Part shown: one piece after another, positions 9,087 through 18,542 of the stretch
How positions within the stretch are numbered: position 1 is the stretch's first letter
How the letters are laid out: each line of letters opens with the position of its first letter
Notes under the pieces: model-generated
Databases searched by the model: none
Told to the model about the DNA's origin: nothing
Seen by the model: the letters and a program-made list of their open reading frames with translations, nothing else
Program-made: the position numbers and the translations under genes
DNA from: Sphingomicrobium sp.
Lineage (GTDB): Bacteria; Pseudomonadota; Alphaproteobacteria; Sphingomonadales; Sphingomonadaceae
Direction: 5' to 3'
DNA: 54,028 bases
Assembly: GCA_035318245.1 (NCBI GenBank)
Contig: DATHFE010000020.1
Span: forward strand, 1-54,028

Positions 9087-9117
9087 CAATCACTCCCGCG
9101 ACTCCTGAGTCGACCTC

Positions 9118-9858
9118 TTAACGCATAAGATGCGCCGGCCGCACCACTCTTGCCCAACTGATTAGTTCGACCCGCTCCGCCCCGGCTCGCTTCAATGCTC
9201 TCGCGCAGGCACTCGCCGTGCTTCCCGTCGTCAGCACGTCGTCGACCAGGATGATCGTCCGTCCGGCGACATCCTTCCCTGAAGCAATGGCGAAAGCGCC
9301 CGATACGACGCGACGGCGCTGGGCCATGTTCATCGCCTTGAGCGGCGGAGTCGAGCGCGTTCGGATCAAGGCGCAGCACTCGACATTCAAGCCCTTCCTT
9401 TCCGCTAATGCGCGCGCGATCAGCACGGCCTGATTGAAGCCGCGGCCCCACAATCGCCGACGATGGAGGGGAACCGGCATCATGACGCTGTCCTCGGGGT
9501 AATCGTCCAAATGAACCGCCATGAATCGCGCCATCGTCGCCGCCAGCGCGGTCTTGCGGCCATATTTGAGTCTCAGCGCCAGCGATCTGGCAATCTCGCC
9601 ATAAGCCACTGCGGCTCGCATCCGGTCGACTGGGGACGACTGGGCCAGGCATGCCGCGCAGAGATCCGCGTCAGTCGCCTCCAGCGGGATACCGCATCGC
9701 TCGCATCCCCCGGCGCCCAAAAACTCAATCTTGGTCCAGCATAAGGTGCAAAAGCTGCCGACTTCATCGACGATCAGGCCACAGCCAGCGCAGCGCGGCG
9801 GCAAGGCGAAATCCACCACGAGCCGGGCCGATCGCTTTGCGAAGCTGCCTACCTGCAT
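9118..9858 (-). CDS. comF: ComF family protein
   Basis: N-terminal CxxC pairs, RGFNQA, PRT motif LVDDVLTTGST. Confidence 0.92.
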   Translation of the reverse strand: MQVGSFAKRSARLVVDFALPPRCAGCGLIVDEVGSFCTLCWTKIEFLGAGGCERCGIPLEATDADLCAACLAQSSPVDRMRAAVAYGEIARSLALRLKYGRKTALAATMARFMAVHLDDYPEDSVMMPVPLHRRRLWGRGFNQAVLIARALAERKGLNVECCALIRTRSTPPLKAMNMAQRRRVVSGAFAIASGKDVAGRTIILVDDVLTTGSTASACARALKRAGAERVELISWARVVRPAHLMR

Positions 9859-9900
9859 TGCGCCTTGTCGCTTGCCTCATCCCATCGCACAAGCGCGGAC

Positions 9901-10686
9901 GTGACTGAGCCCCTGTTCGATCGCCATACAAGGGCGCTCCGGCGAGACCGCGCTGCCCGTCGCGGGCCGGCCCTCTTCCTTCTCCAGCGAGCGTTCGACG
10001 ACTGCCTCGACCGGCTCGGCGACGTGCGGCGCGAGTTCGGCAGTGCGCTGCTGATCGGCTGCCCAGATCCCGCTTGGCGCGCATCGCTGAAACGGAAAGT
10101 CCTCAACGTCGCCGTTGTAGACCCGGGACGATTGTTCGCCGCAGCCGCCGATGGGCGTTTCGGCGACGAGGATTTGATCGACCTTCCGCCCGGCGCCTAC
10201 GACCTGTGCCTCGCTGTCGGGACGCTGGATACGGTCCCCGACCTGCAGTCCTCTTTGCTTTCCATCCGTCGTTCGCTTCAACCCGATAGCCTCTTTTTCG
10301 GCGCGGTTATCGGAGGCGACACGCTGCCGATGCTCCGTGCCGCCATGCGCGCCGCCGACCGCACCCGCCCGGCCGCAGTCGCCCACGTGCACCCGCGGAT
10401 CGAGGCATCGGCGCTCGCGCCTCTGCTCTCGGCGGCGGGGTTCGAAATGCCGGTGGTCGATATCGACCGCGTCACCGTCACTTATTCCAGCTTCGACCGG
10501 CTGGTTGACGATCTTCGCGCAATGGCCGCGACCAACATCCTGTGCGCCCGCGGCCGCGATGCGCTCAGCAGAACAGCACGCGACGCAGCCCGCAGGGAGT
10601 TTTCTCAACTTGGTGATGGCGAAGCGACGCACGAGACATTCGAGATCCTTCATTTCGCGGCTTGGACTCGCGCGCGCCAATCCTAA
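9901..10686 (+). CDS. SAM-dependent methyltransferase (BioC/NDUFAF5-like)
   Basis: LFDR..R.LRRDRA, HVHPRI, AGFEMPVVDID, LVDDLRAM; divergent from comF as is usual in alphaproteobacteria. Confidence 0.85.
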   Translation: MTEPLFDRHTRALRRDRAARRGPALFLLQRAFDDCLDRLGDVRREFGSALLIGCPDPAWRASLKRKVLNVAVVDPGRLFAAAADGRFGDEDLIDLPPGAYDLCLAVGTLDTVPDLQSSLLSIRRSLQPDSLFFGAVIGGDTLPMLRAAMRAADRTRPAAVAHVHPRIEASALAPLLSAAGFEMPVVDIDRVTVTYSSFDRLVDDLRAMAATNILCARGRDALSRTARDAARREFSQLGDGEATHETFEILHFAAWTRARQS

Positions 10687-10724
10687 GATTGCTTTAATCG
10701 TCTCCCAACCACCTGTTGTTAACC
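10683..10724 (+). promoter_or_regulatory. Putative CtrA binding sites upstream of the pilin
   Basis: CTAA-N7-TTAA (10683-10697) and a TTAACC half site (10719-10724). Confidence 0.55.
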
Positions 10725-10772
10725 TCGCTAGCCTAGGAGCATCCTCGTGGACCAAGACCAGAGGAGGGTGGC

Positions 10773-10952
10773 GTGGGCGCTATCCGAAAGACGTTGCGCA
10801 GGCTTCTCGCCGACCAGGGCGGGGCAACTGCGATCGAATATGGGCTAATTGCCGCGCTGATCATTGTGGCGATGATCGGCGGTCTTACCGCACTCGGCGG
10901 CGGCGCCGGTGGCATGTGGACCAAGATCAACAACGCCGTGCAGAATACCTAA
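10773..10952 (+). CDS. Flp family type IVb pilin (59 aa)
   Basis: Read by hand: MGAIRKTLRRLLADQGGATAIEYGLIAALIIVAMIGGLTALGGGAGGMWTKINNAVQNT. Carries the G/ATAIEY prepilin motif and a GAGGAGG RBS. Confidence 0.93.
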   Translation: MGAIRKTLRRLLADQGGATAIEYGLIAALIIVAMIGGLTALGGGAGGMWTKINNAVQNT

Positions 10953-12394
10953 ACGCGGCGCGTGCCGTAGACGACCAGCTTGACCTTCTGGCCGCGCGCC
11001 AGAAGGTCTTTGCTGGCGAGTCCGTTCAGCGACAGGAATCGCTCCACCTTAAAGTTTGGATAGGCCATCCGGCTTGCCAGCGACTGCACCGTATCATTTG
11101 GTCCAACGGTCTGGACGTGAATGATGCGCGGTCGGATCGCGGCGGCCTCGGCGGGTGAGATACGCCTGAGCGAATCCACCATTTGCGCGAATGGCCCAAT
11201 TCCCATGCCGCCCCGCGTCAGCATGACGAAATGGTAGGTGGTGTTGGTGTCCCACTTATACGCCATAACGCTAAGATCGATGACGCCCGACTGAGTGTTC
11301 GCCCGCGCTGTCGTGAAGGCTGCCGGCAGGCCATTGACCGTCGTGCGCTGCGACGGCGCCACGTTCAACGGCGTGTTCCCGGCGACCTGTCGAAGCGCCA
11401 GTCCAATATAATCCTCAAGGCTCCCGGTGTAGCGCCCGCCGCTGAACTGGGCCTGCCCGGCCGAGCCGGCGATGGTCACGGCATGTGTACCGTTCTGCAT
11501 CTGGTAACCAATGGGGACAACGAACTGCATCCTGAGGTCGGGATGGATGAAGCTGCGGCCCTCGATAATGCCCTGGGCCGGGTCGTCGTCGACGTAGAGG
11601 CCTTCGATTTGCCCGAGGAACGCGCCGCGATTGCGGACGCCTTGGCCGACCCGGCCAGTCTTCTGCGCGGCAGCCAACGCGCGTTGCGCTCGAGTTTCGC
11701 TCAGCGGGTGCGTGCTGGCCCATTCAGGGGTCGATCGGTTGGCTCTGCCCTGCGTCCGTGCGCTAAGCGCGGTAGCGCGGGCCAACGCGGCGAGCATGGA
11801 GGCGCCCGCCCCTGGGTCATAACCCGCCGCAGTGACATAACGGATACCAAGTTCGTCGGCCTGGAATTCTTGCTCACGCGAGAAGCTCAACGTCCTCAGC
11901 TGCGCCGCCTGGGAAAGCAGGTTGCCGACACCAACCGCACTTCCGAGAATTGCACCCAAGACGCTAAGAACTGAATTCCGCGTAGCCGCTGCCTTCCGCG
12001 CCTGGGCGTGATTGGCGGCGATATGGCCGATCTCATGACCAAGAACGAAGCCCAGCTCGGCTTCGTCATTCATCAACCCCATTAGCTGGCGGGTGATGTA
12101 AACATACCCTCCGGGAACCGAGAAAGCATTCTCAACTGCGGAATTGAGAGCGGTGAAGTGATAGGCAGCTTGCGGGTTGATGACGCCAGAAGGAATTGCG
12201 ACCCGCCGCCCGACGCTCTCAACATAAGCTGCCCGCGCGCCAGTTTCGGCTCCGCCGAATTCTTCGACAAGCAGTGGGTGCTGCTGTTGCGCCTGAAGGA
12301 CGTCGGTCTGGCGCAGGCCGCGATATTGGGCCTGCGCCATGACCGGAGTCAGCGCGGTCGCGGTTGCCGCCATCAGCAGTGCCAAAGTGCGCAT
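10949..12394 (-). CDS. M48 family metalloprotease with C-terminal LysM-like domain
   Basis: Signal peptide, NAFSVPGG, HEIGH, EFQADELG, WASTHP. Confidence 0.9.
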   Translation of the reverse strand: MRTLALLMAATATALTPVMAQAQYRGLRQTDVLQAQQQHPLLVEEFGGAETGARAAYVESVGRRVAIPSGVINPQAAYHFTALNSAVENAFSVPGGYVYITRQLMGLMNDEAELGFVLGHEIGHIAANHAQARKAAATRNSVLSVLGAILGSAVGVGNLLSQAAQLRTLSFSREQEFQADELGIRYVTAAGYDPGAGASMLAALARATALSARTQGRANRSTPEWASTHPLSETRAQRALAAAQKTGRVGQGVRNRGAFLGQIEGLYVDDDPAQGIIEGRSFIHPDLRMQFVVPIGYQMQNGTHAVTIAGSAGQAQFSGGRYTGSLEDYIGLALRQVAGNTPLNVAPSQRTTVNGLPAAFTTARANTQSGVIDLSVMAYKWDTNTTYHFVMLTRGGMGIGPFAQMVDSLRRISPAEAAAIRPRIIHVQTVGPNDTVQSLASRMAYPNFKVERFLSLNGLASKDLLARGQKVKLVVYGTRRV

Positions 12395-12490
12395 ACGCTT
12401 TACTCCGATTCATCGGGCATTTTTCTCGCCCAGGTCCGATGATTCGCAGATGAACGGGAAAATGGCGGCGATTGTTCCGCTTGGCTAACG

Positions 12491-13432
12491 TTAGCCGATG
12501 GCAAGGAATTTGGCGCGGCGCTGGGCCACGAGTTCGTCGCGACCGAGTGCGCCGCAACCCGCCAATTCCTCGATTATCGCGGCCTTCAATGCACTGACTG
12601 CCGCCGCGCCATCGCGATGTGCGCCGCCCAGCGGCTCATCGACGATCCGGTCGACTACACCAAGCGCCTGAAGATCAGATGCTGTGATCCGCATCGCTTC
12701 CGCAGCATCGGGCGCCTTGTCGGCGGTCCGCCACAGAATTGACGCACAGCCCTCGGGAGAAATCACGGAATAAACCGCATGCTCAAACATCAGCACGCGA
12801 TTGGCCGCCGCGATCGCCACCGCTCCACCCGATCCGCCCTCGCCGACGATCACAGCGACTACCGGCACTCCCAGCGACAGGCACGTCTCGGTCGACCGCG
12901 CTATCGCTTCGGCCTGACCGCGCTCCTCAGCCTCGACCCCGGGAAAAGCGCCCGGCGTATCGACCAGAGTTACCACCGGCAGCCCAAACCGGTCGGCCAG
13001 CTGCATCAGGCGGATCGCCTTGCGATACCCCTCGGGCTTGGCCATGCCGAAATTATGGTGCAGCCGCGATGCGGTATCGTCGCCCTTCTCATGCCCGATC
13101 AGCATCACCCTGCGGCCTTCGATCCGCGCCAGCCCTCCGATAATTGCAGGATCGTCGGCAAACGCGCGATCACCCGACAGCGGCAAAAAATCGTCAGCAA
13201 TCCCCGCGACATAGTCATTGAAATGCGGACGCTCGGGATGTCGTGCGACCTGCGTCTTCTGCCACGGAGTCAAACGGGCATAAGTTTCACGGAGCAGTTT
13301 AGCCGATTTCGCCTCGATCTTGCCGATCTCGGCATCGAGATCGATCGACTCTTTTTCCGAGGTCTCACGCAACTCGACAACCCGCGCTTCGAGCTCGGCG
13401 ATCGGCTTTTCAAAGTCGAGGAAGGTCAGCAT
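12491..13432 (-). CDS. accA: Acetyl-CoA carboxylase carboxyltransferase alpha
   Basis: [44 protein letters not shown]. Confidence 0.98.
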   Translation of the reverse strand: MLTFLDFEKPIAELEARVVELRETSEKESIDLDAEIGKIEAKSAKLLRETYARLTPWQKTQVARHPERPHFNDYVAGIADDFLPLSGDRAFADDPAIIGGLARIEGRRVMLIGHEKGDDTASRLHHNFGMAKPEGYRKAIRLMQLADRFGLPVVTLVDTPGAFPGVEAEERGQAEAIARSTETCLSLGVPVVAVIVGEGGSGGAVAIAAANRVLMFEHAVYSVISPEGCASILWRTADKAPDAAEAMRITASDLQALGVVDRIVDEPLGGAHRDGAAAVSALKAAIIEELAGCGALGRDELVAQRRAKFLAIG

Positions 13433-13484
13433 TGCAGGCGCGGGTAAGCAGGCTCACTCGATCCGTCAACGCTGTGGTGGAGGC

Positions 13485-14114
13485 TCATTGCACGATCTTG
13501 CGGCACAGCCAGCAATTGATCGCGAAGCGATAATCCTCGAACGCGCGGCTCGGGCAATGCACCTTCAAGACTTGGTGAGTGGTCCACGACGGGAAGATCA
13601 CCAGGCTGTTCTGAACCGGCTCTATGTCCACATAGTCGCCCGGCTCATTGTCCGATCCGAAACGATGGAGGCGCAACTGCCCGCCACTAAACTCCTTCGG
13701 CTCGCGATGGAAATAATAGACCCCGCTAAGCAGCCGGTCCTGGGTCCGCGTGCGATCCCCGCCGAGCGGCCTTCGGCCCTCTCCGATGGGGATGTCGGTG
13801 TGCGCCGCGAAATGCGCGCCGTCACCATGCGCCGCGATCTCCAGCTCAACATACTCCACGTCGAACGGCGTCATTCCCGTCCTCGCGAAGACGTCCTCGC
13901 CAAGCCCACGCATCTTATTGCTGAACATGCCTTCCAACGGTCCAAGGTCCGAAAGCCGCTCGGAGACCCGCCGCTTGGAATCGACCACGCCGCCTACCAG
14001 CGACGACGGCTCAAAACGCGACCTGTGTTCGAACGTCCATTCGAGCAACGCCTCGCGTTCCGCCGCTTCGAGAAAGTCGCAATATTGATAAAATCGGGGG
14101 ATCGGACCTTTCAT
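13485..14114 (-). CDS. 2OG-Fe(II) oxygenase (prolyl-hydroxylase-like)
   Basis: HTD...H facial triad, FSGGQLRL, RFAINCW; ATG overlaps the xerD stop. Confidence 0.85.
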   Translation of the reverse strand: MKGPIPRFYQYCDFLEAAEREALLEWTFEHRSRFEPSSLVGGVVDSKRRVSERLSDLGPLEGMFSNKMRGLGEDVFARTGMTPFDVEYVELEIAAHGDGAHFAAHTDIPIGEGRRPLGGDRTRTQDRLLSGVYYFHREPKEFSGGQLRLHRFGSDNEPGDYVDIEPVQNSLVIFPSWTTHQVLKVHCPSRAFEDYRFAINCWLCRKIVQ

Positions 14115-14998
14115 CGATCGCGGTCCGCCAACGGGTGCCTGGCATTTACAAGTTCGACCAACCGCCCGCTGTCGACGTGGGTGTAAATCTGGGTCGTGGC
14201 GATGTCGGCGTGGCCAAGCAGCGACTGGAGAACGCGCAGGTCGGCGCCGCCCGACAAGAGGTGCGTAGCAAAGGCGTGGCGCAGGACATGCGGGCTGACC
14301 CGATCGGGCGCGATCCCGGCAAGACCGGCCATCTCGCGCACCAATTGGAACAAGCGCACTCGGCTCAAATGGCCCTTGCCGCTCGGGAACAGCCACGGAC
14401 TCGCCTCCGGAACATGCGCCAACCAGCGCTCGACCGCCGCTTCAGCTCGCGAGGAAATCGGGACCAGACGCTCCTTGTCGCCCTTGCCCCTCAAAATCAG
14501 GAAAGGCTGTCCGGGACGAAGCGCGCGGCGCGGCAGCGACACCAATTCACTCGCCCTCAATCCTGACCCATAGAGCATCTCGAGCAGTGCGAGGTTGCGC
14601 AGTGCCAGCGGCAGTCCACTCGCCGCGCGATCCTCCACTTCGCGGAACATTCCTTCAACTTCGCCCTCGTCGAGAATGCGCGGCAGAGGCCGCTCGAGCG
14701 CCGGGCGCGGCAGCGCCGCCGAAGGATCGTCGGCGCGCAGGCCATCATCCATCAGGAAGCCGTAGAAGCGCCGTAGCGCCGCTGATCGCCGTGCCACCGT
14801 CGCCGATGAATAATCCGCCCAGGCCGCCCCTAACCCCTTGAGCGCTTCGCTTGTCGCCGTGCCGAGCACGCCGCCCAAATCGGCCGCCGCCGCGCTCAAA
14901 TCGCTGCGATAGGCGGCCAAGGTGTTGCGCGACGCCCCCGCCTCGGCTGCCATCATCTCGAGGAACCGATCGACCAGCGCGCGATCGTCTTCTGTCAC
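14111..14998 (-). CDS. xerD: Tyrosine recombinase XerD
   Basis: LYGSGLRASEL, RGKGDKERLVP, SPHVLRHAFATHLL, LGHADIATTQIYTH; conserved xerD-accA synteny. Confidence 0.93.
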   Translation of the reverse strand: MTEDDRALVDRFLEMMAAEAGASRNTLAAYRSDLSAAAADLGGVLGTATSEALKGLGAAWADYSSATVARRSAALRRFYGFLMDDGLRADDPSAALPRPALERPLPRILDEGEVEGMFREVEDRAASGLPLALRNLALLEMLYGSGLRASELVSLPRRALRPGQPFLILRGKGDKERLVPISSRAEAAVERWLAHVPEASPWLFPSGKGHLSRVRLFQLVREMAGLAGIAPDRVSPHVLRHAFATHLLSGGADLRVLQSLLGHADIATTQIYTHVDSGRLVELVNARHPLADRDR

Positions 14999-16770
14999 GT
15001 CCGTGCAAGCGCCTCGGCGGCCACCATGCGGGCCATATACTCTTGCCCAGTCAAGCGCATTGCCGCGACCGCATGGGCAAGGTGGGACGCCGGCACGTCG
15101 CCGAGCTCATTCGTTTGCATTCCGGTCGCCACCAGCAAATTGACCGTGCCGGCCTGGCCAAGCTTGGCGGCTCCGTCGATCATCCGCGTCCAGCGTGTTG
15201 GCCGATCGAGGCCGAGGTCATAACGGCTGTCGAGCCGTGCCGCGGTTCGCGCGTCGATTCGACCGAGCGCGGCCAAACCCGCAACCAGCAACGCGCTGCG
15301 TCTGTGTCCCTTGCTATCGTCACGCCCGACAAAGGCATTGATCCGGCTATAACTGGTGTCGATTCCAGCCGATGGGGCGGCCAGCGCGAGCATCGCCCAG
15401 CAGGCGTCAGCCGGCTCATCATCCATCCGCCTGATGGCACCGGCCCACTGAGCCGCCTCGCGATCGTAGCCCGCGGCGAGCATCGAGGCGATGAGGTTCG
15501 GCGCGTCGCTCTGGAGCTTGGCGTCAGGCAGGATCCTGGTCGCCGCGCGGGCGGCCAGGGCCCGCGACGCTTCGCGATCGAGCGGTCCTCTTCCGATCGC
15601 CCACAATCGCCTCATCGCCGCCAGCCGCGTTTCCTGATCGCGACCGACGAACGCGGTGCGCAATTGCCACGCGTCGCTTTGCGGGAGCTCGTCGGCATCG
15701 GTCGCGTCATAAATCGACGAATAGAGATCCATCAAAGCGGTGGACGAGAATACTCCAAGCCCGGTCGCGATTCGAGCCGATTGCAGGCGATCTTCTGGCG
15801 CAAACTGGGGCATGCTCGCTTGCCAGGCGCGGAGCCTCAAGCTCGATGAATTCATCAGCCGCTCGGGCGGCATCATTCCTGTGGCGGTGGCCAGACCGAA
15901 GCGCCAGCTGGTCAATTTGTCGACCGGTTCCCATTCGATTGTCACCGCGCGCGCCGTGTCTGCGCCCGCCCCGACAACCTTGTCGGCCAGCAGCAGGTCG
16001 ATCCCGCCGACGGTCCCACGCCGGCGGGCCGCTTCGATATCGGCGGCGGCGGTTTCGGGATTGCCCGTTAGCGCAGAGCACATGGCCCTCACTAGCGGCG
16101 AAATCCGCGATTCGACCTTGGTGATTCCATCCTGAAGCGGGCAGAGCGCGACTGGGTCGCCGCTGGAGAGGGCGCTTTGCACCGCGATCTGGAACATCTT
16201 CGGCGTGAAATTGTCGACATCGACGTCCGCTACGATCATCCGCGCCGCATCGGCCTCGCCCAGCCGCAGCAACAGCCAGGCGCGTTCCGCCGCCCAATCG
16301 ACGGGATTGATATTTCGAGGTGCTTTGGTTTTTGAAATCAACGCGTTACGCAACGCTATATGCGCCCACCTTGAAGCCAGTGGAGTATCCATCCGGCGCA
16401 TGAGTGTCCCCAGGAATGCCCCGCTCGCATTGCCCCATTGGGCTTCACTCAATCCCACGCGCGCCGGATCGATCGCCCCGACAAAAGTCGGATCGCGCCT
16501 GGAGCTGTCGGGTATTTCGATTGGCGGTCGCGCCGTTGGAAACAATTCGTCCGGCAGAGCACCCGTCACCGCCAGTTCGTCACCGCCGGACGGCACCGAC
16601 GTTGCCGGAGTGGTCGGAGAAGATGGTGCGACCGGCGGGCTGACGGCAGGTGGCAGCGGCGCCGCTTCGTTGCCGAAGCCCGGCGGAAGAATCGACTCCT
16701 GCGCCAGCGCCGGTAGCGCCAGGGCCAGGGCCGCCGTCGCGAACAGAAAATGTTTAGTGCGCGCCGACAT
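14995..16770 (-). CDS. Conserved exported hypothetical protein
   Basis: Signal peptide, ESILPPGF, Pro-rich linker, helical body; GTGA overlap with xerD. Confidence 0.8.
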   Translation of the reverse strand: MSARTKHFLFATAALALALPALAQESILPPGFGNEAAPLPPAVSPPVAPSSPTTPATSVPSGGDELAVTGALPDELFPTARPPIEIPDSSRRDPTFVGAIDPARVGLSEAQWGNASGAFLGTLMRRMDTPLASRWAHIALRNALISKTKAPRNINPVDWAAERAWLLLRLGEADAARMIVADVDVDNFTPKMFQIAVQSALSSGDPVALCPLQDGITKVESRISPLVRAMCSALTGNPETAAADIEAARRRGTVGGIDLLLADKVVGAGADTARAVTIEWEPVDKLTSWRFGLATATGMMPPERLMNSSSLRLRAWQASMPQFAPEDRLQSARIATGLGVFSSTALMDLYSSIYDATDADELPQSDAWQLRTAFVGRDQETRLAAMRRLWAIGRGPLDREASRALAARAATRILPDAKLQSDAPNLIASMLAAGYDREAAQWAGAIRRMDDEPADACWAMLALAAPSAGIDTSYSRINAFVGRDDSKGHRRSALLVAGLAALGRIDARTAARLDSRYDLGLDRPTRWTRMIDGAAKLGQAGTVNLLVATGMQTNELGDVPASHLAHAVAAMRLTGQEYMARMVAAEALART

Positions 16771-16891
16771 TGCCGGTGACATCAACTTCGATTCGCTGGG
16801 TCGGAACCTCGCGAGCGCGGGTCGACAGGAAGAATGCGCCGCCGACCAGCAGCAGCAACAGGATAATCAGGAACACGGTCGTTCGCGGCAT
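16754..16891 (-). CDS. Small single-TM protein (45 aa)
   Basis: Read by hand: GGAGGT RBS; MPRTTVFLIILLLLLVGGAFFLSTRAREVPTQRIEVDVTGNVGAH; overlaps the next start. Confidence 0.7.
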   Translation of the reverse strand: MPRTTVFLIILLLLLVGGAFFLSTRAREVPTQRIEVDVTGNVGAH

Positions 16892-16962
16892 TGCGTTCTC
16901 TTACCTCCGGCGATGGGAGTGGGCTTTTGCCCGACCTTGCGCCCCGCTGTATAGCCCCGCGC

Positions 16963-17505
16963 GTGGAAAAGCTGACCGATCGCCTCGACCGTCCTATCGT
17001 CCTTGTCGGCCTGATGGGTGCCGGCAAATCGACCGTTGGCCGGCGCTTGGCCCGCAGGCTAGGCCTGCCCTTCGTCGACAGCGATTCCGAGATCGAAGAT
17101 GCTGCCGGCTATTCTGCCGCCGAGGTGTTCGAGCGCTACGGCGAGGCCGATTTCCGCGATGGAGAGAGGCGCCTGGTTGCCCGGCTTGTAGAGGGCGAGA
17201 TTCGAGTTATCGCCACCGGCGGCGGAGCGTTCATCGACCCCCGCACCCGCCAGATTCTCAACGAGCGATCGATCACCATCTGGCTCGACGCCCCGGTCGA
17301 GGTGCTGGCCGATCGCACGGGGCGCCGCGACACTCGCCCGCTCCTCCGAACGCCCGATCCCGCGGCAACGCTCGGCCGGCTCGCCGACGAGCGTCGGCCA
17401 TTTTATGCCGAAGCGCATATCCACGTTCGAAGCGGAACCGGCGCCCATAGCGACGTAGTTGAAAGCATCGTCGCCGCCCTCGCCGCTCTCCTCAACCCCG
17501 AGTGA
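16963..17505 (+). CDS. aroK: Shikimate kinase
   Basis: GLMGAGKSTVG P-loop, DSD, ATGGG, RPLL. Confidence 0.96.
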   Translation: MEKLTDRLDRPIVLVGLMGAGKSTVGRRLARRLGLPFVDSDSEIEDAAGYSAAEVFERYGEADFRDGERRLVARLVEGEIRVIATGGGAFIDPRTRQILNERSITIWLDAPVEVLADRTGRRDTRPLLRTPDPAATLGRLADERRPFYAEAHIHVRSGTGAHSDVVESIVAALAALLNPE

Positions 17506-18542
17506 CAATCCTCATCGGTCCACTGGCGGACGCTGCCGGCCAATTGCGTAGCCTGTCTGACGACTACGTCCTGCCGCTCGTCACCGACGAGCGCGTGCAC
17601 GGGCTTTATGGCGAGAGGATCAGGGCAATCGTCCCAATCGAACCGATCTTCGTGCCCGAGGGTGAAGCCGCGAAAAGCTGGGAGGTCCTCGCTTCTATCT
17701 TCGATCAATTGTCCCAGCGGGGCATCACTCGCGACACCCCGATCTTGGCGCTTGGTGGCGGCTCTATCGGCGATGTCGCCGGGCTGGCCGCCTCTCTCTT
17801 CAAGCGCGGCTGCCCGATCGTCCAAATCCCGACCACTTTGCTTGCCCAGGCCGACAGCGCGATCGGCGGGAAAACGGCGATCGACTGGCACGGCCAGAAA
17901 AATCTCGTCGGGACCTTTCACCAGCCATCTCTGGTGGTAGCTGATCCGGCGTTCTTGCATACACTCGATGCTCGGCAGCTGCGCGCTGGCTACGCCGAAG
18001 TCGCCAAATATGGCCTGATTGACGACCCGGCCTTTTTCGAATGGTGCGAAACCAATGGCGCCGCGTTGCTCGCAGGCGACCACGAACTGCGACTGACCGC
18101 GATAACGCGTTGCATCGAAGCGAAATTGCGGTTTGTCGCCAACGATTTCGAGGATCGATCGGGAACCCGGGCGCTCCTTAACCTTGGCCACACTTTTGGC
18201 CACGCCATTGAATCCGTAGCCGGGCCGACTGCCATCCTCCACGGCGAAGCTGTCGCGATTGGACTGTGTCTGGCCTTTGGCTTTTCCGTCCAGCTTGGCC
18301 TTTGCCCAAGCGGCGATGAGGTTCGCGTAAGAGCTCATGTCGCGTCCGTTGGATTGCCCACACGACTCAGTGAAATTGCTCTGACCAACGCTGTTCCCGA
18401 ACTCCTCGAAGCGATCAGGCTCGACAAGAAGGTAGGACAGGAGGGTATCTCGTTAGTCTTGGCGCGCGGGATCGGCCGTGCCGAAATCTTCCGGGGAGTC
18501 GATCAGAAAAAACTCGCAAAATATCTTGATCGAGCCGCCTAA
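17502..18542 (+). CDS. aroB: 3-dehydroquinate synthase
   Basis: GEAAKS, GGGSIGD, PTTLLAQ, KNLVGTFHQP, LNLGHTFGHAIE, HGEAV. Confidence 0.95.
   Translation: MTILIGPLADAAGQLRSLSDDYVLPLVTDERVHGLYGERIRAIVPIEPIFVPEGEAAKSWEVLASIFDQLSQRGITRDTPILALGGGSIGDVAGLAASLFKRGCPIVQIPTTLLAQADSAIGGKTAIDWHGQKNLVGTFHQPSLVVADPAFLHTLDARQLRAGYAEVAKYGLIDDPAFFEWCETNGAALLAGDHELRLTAITRCIEAKLRFVANDFEDRSGTRALLNLGHTFGHAIESVAGPTAILHGEAVAIGLCLAFGFSVQLGLCPSGDEVRVRAHVASVGLPTRLSEIALTNAVPELLEAIRLDKKVGQEGISLVLARGIGRAEIFRGVDQKKLAKYLDRAA

Noticed and set aside
14111-14998. Phage or island integrase
   Set aside because: Sequence and xerD-accA-aroK synteny identify housekeeping XerD.
17502-17600. aroB as an N-terminally truncated pseudogene
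   Set aside because: The N-terminus is short, but all catalytic motifs are intact and the start is coupled to aroK.
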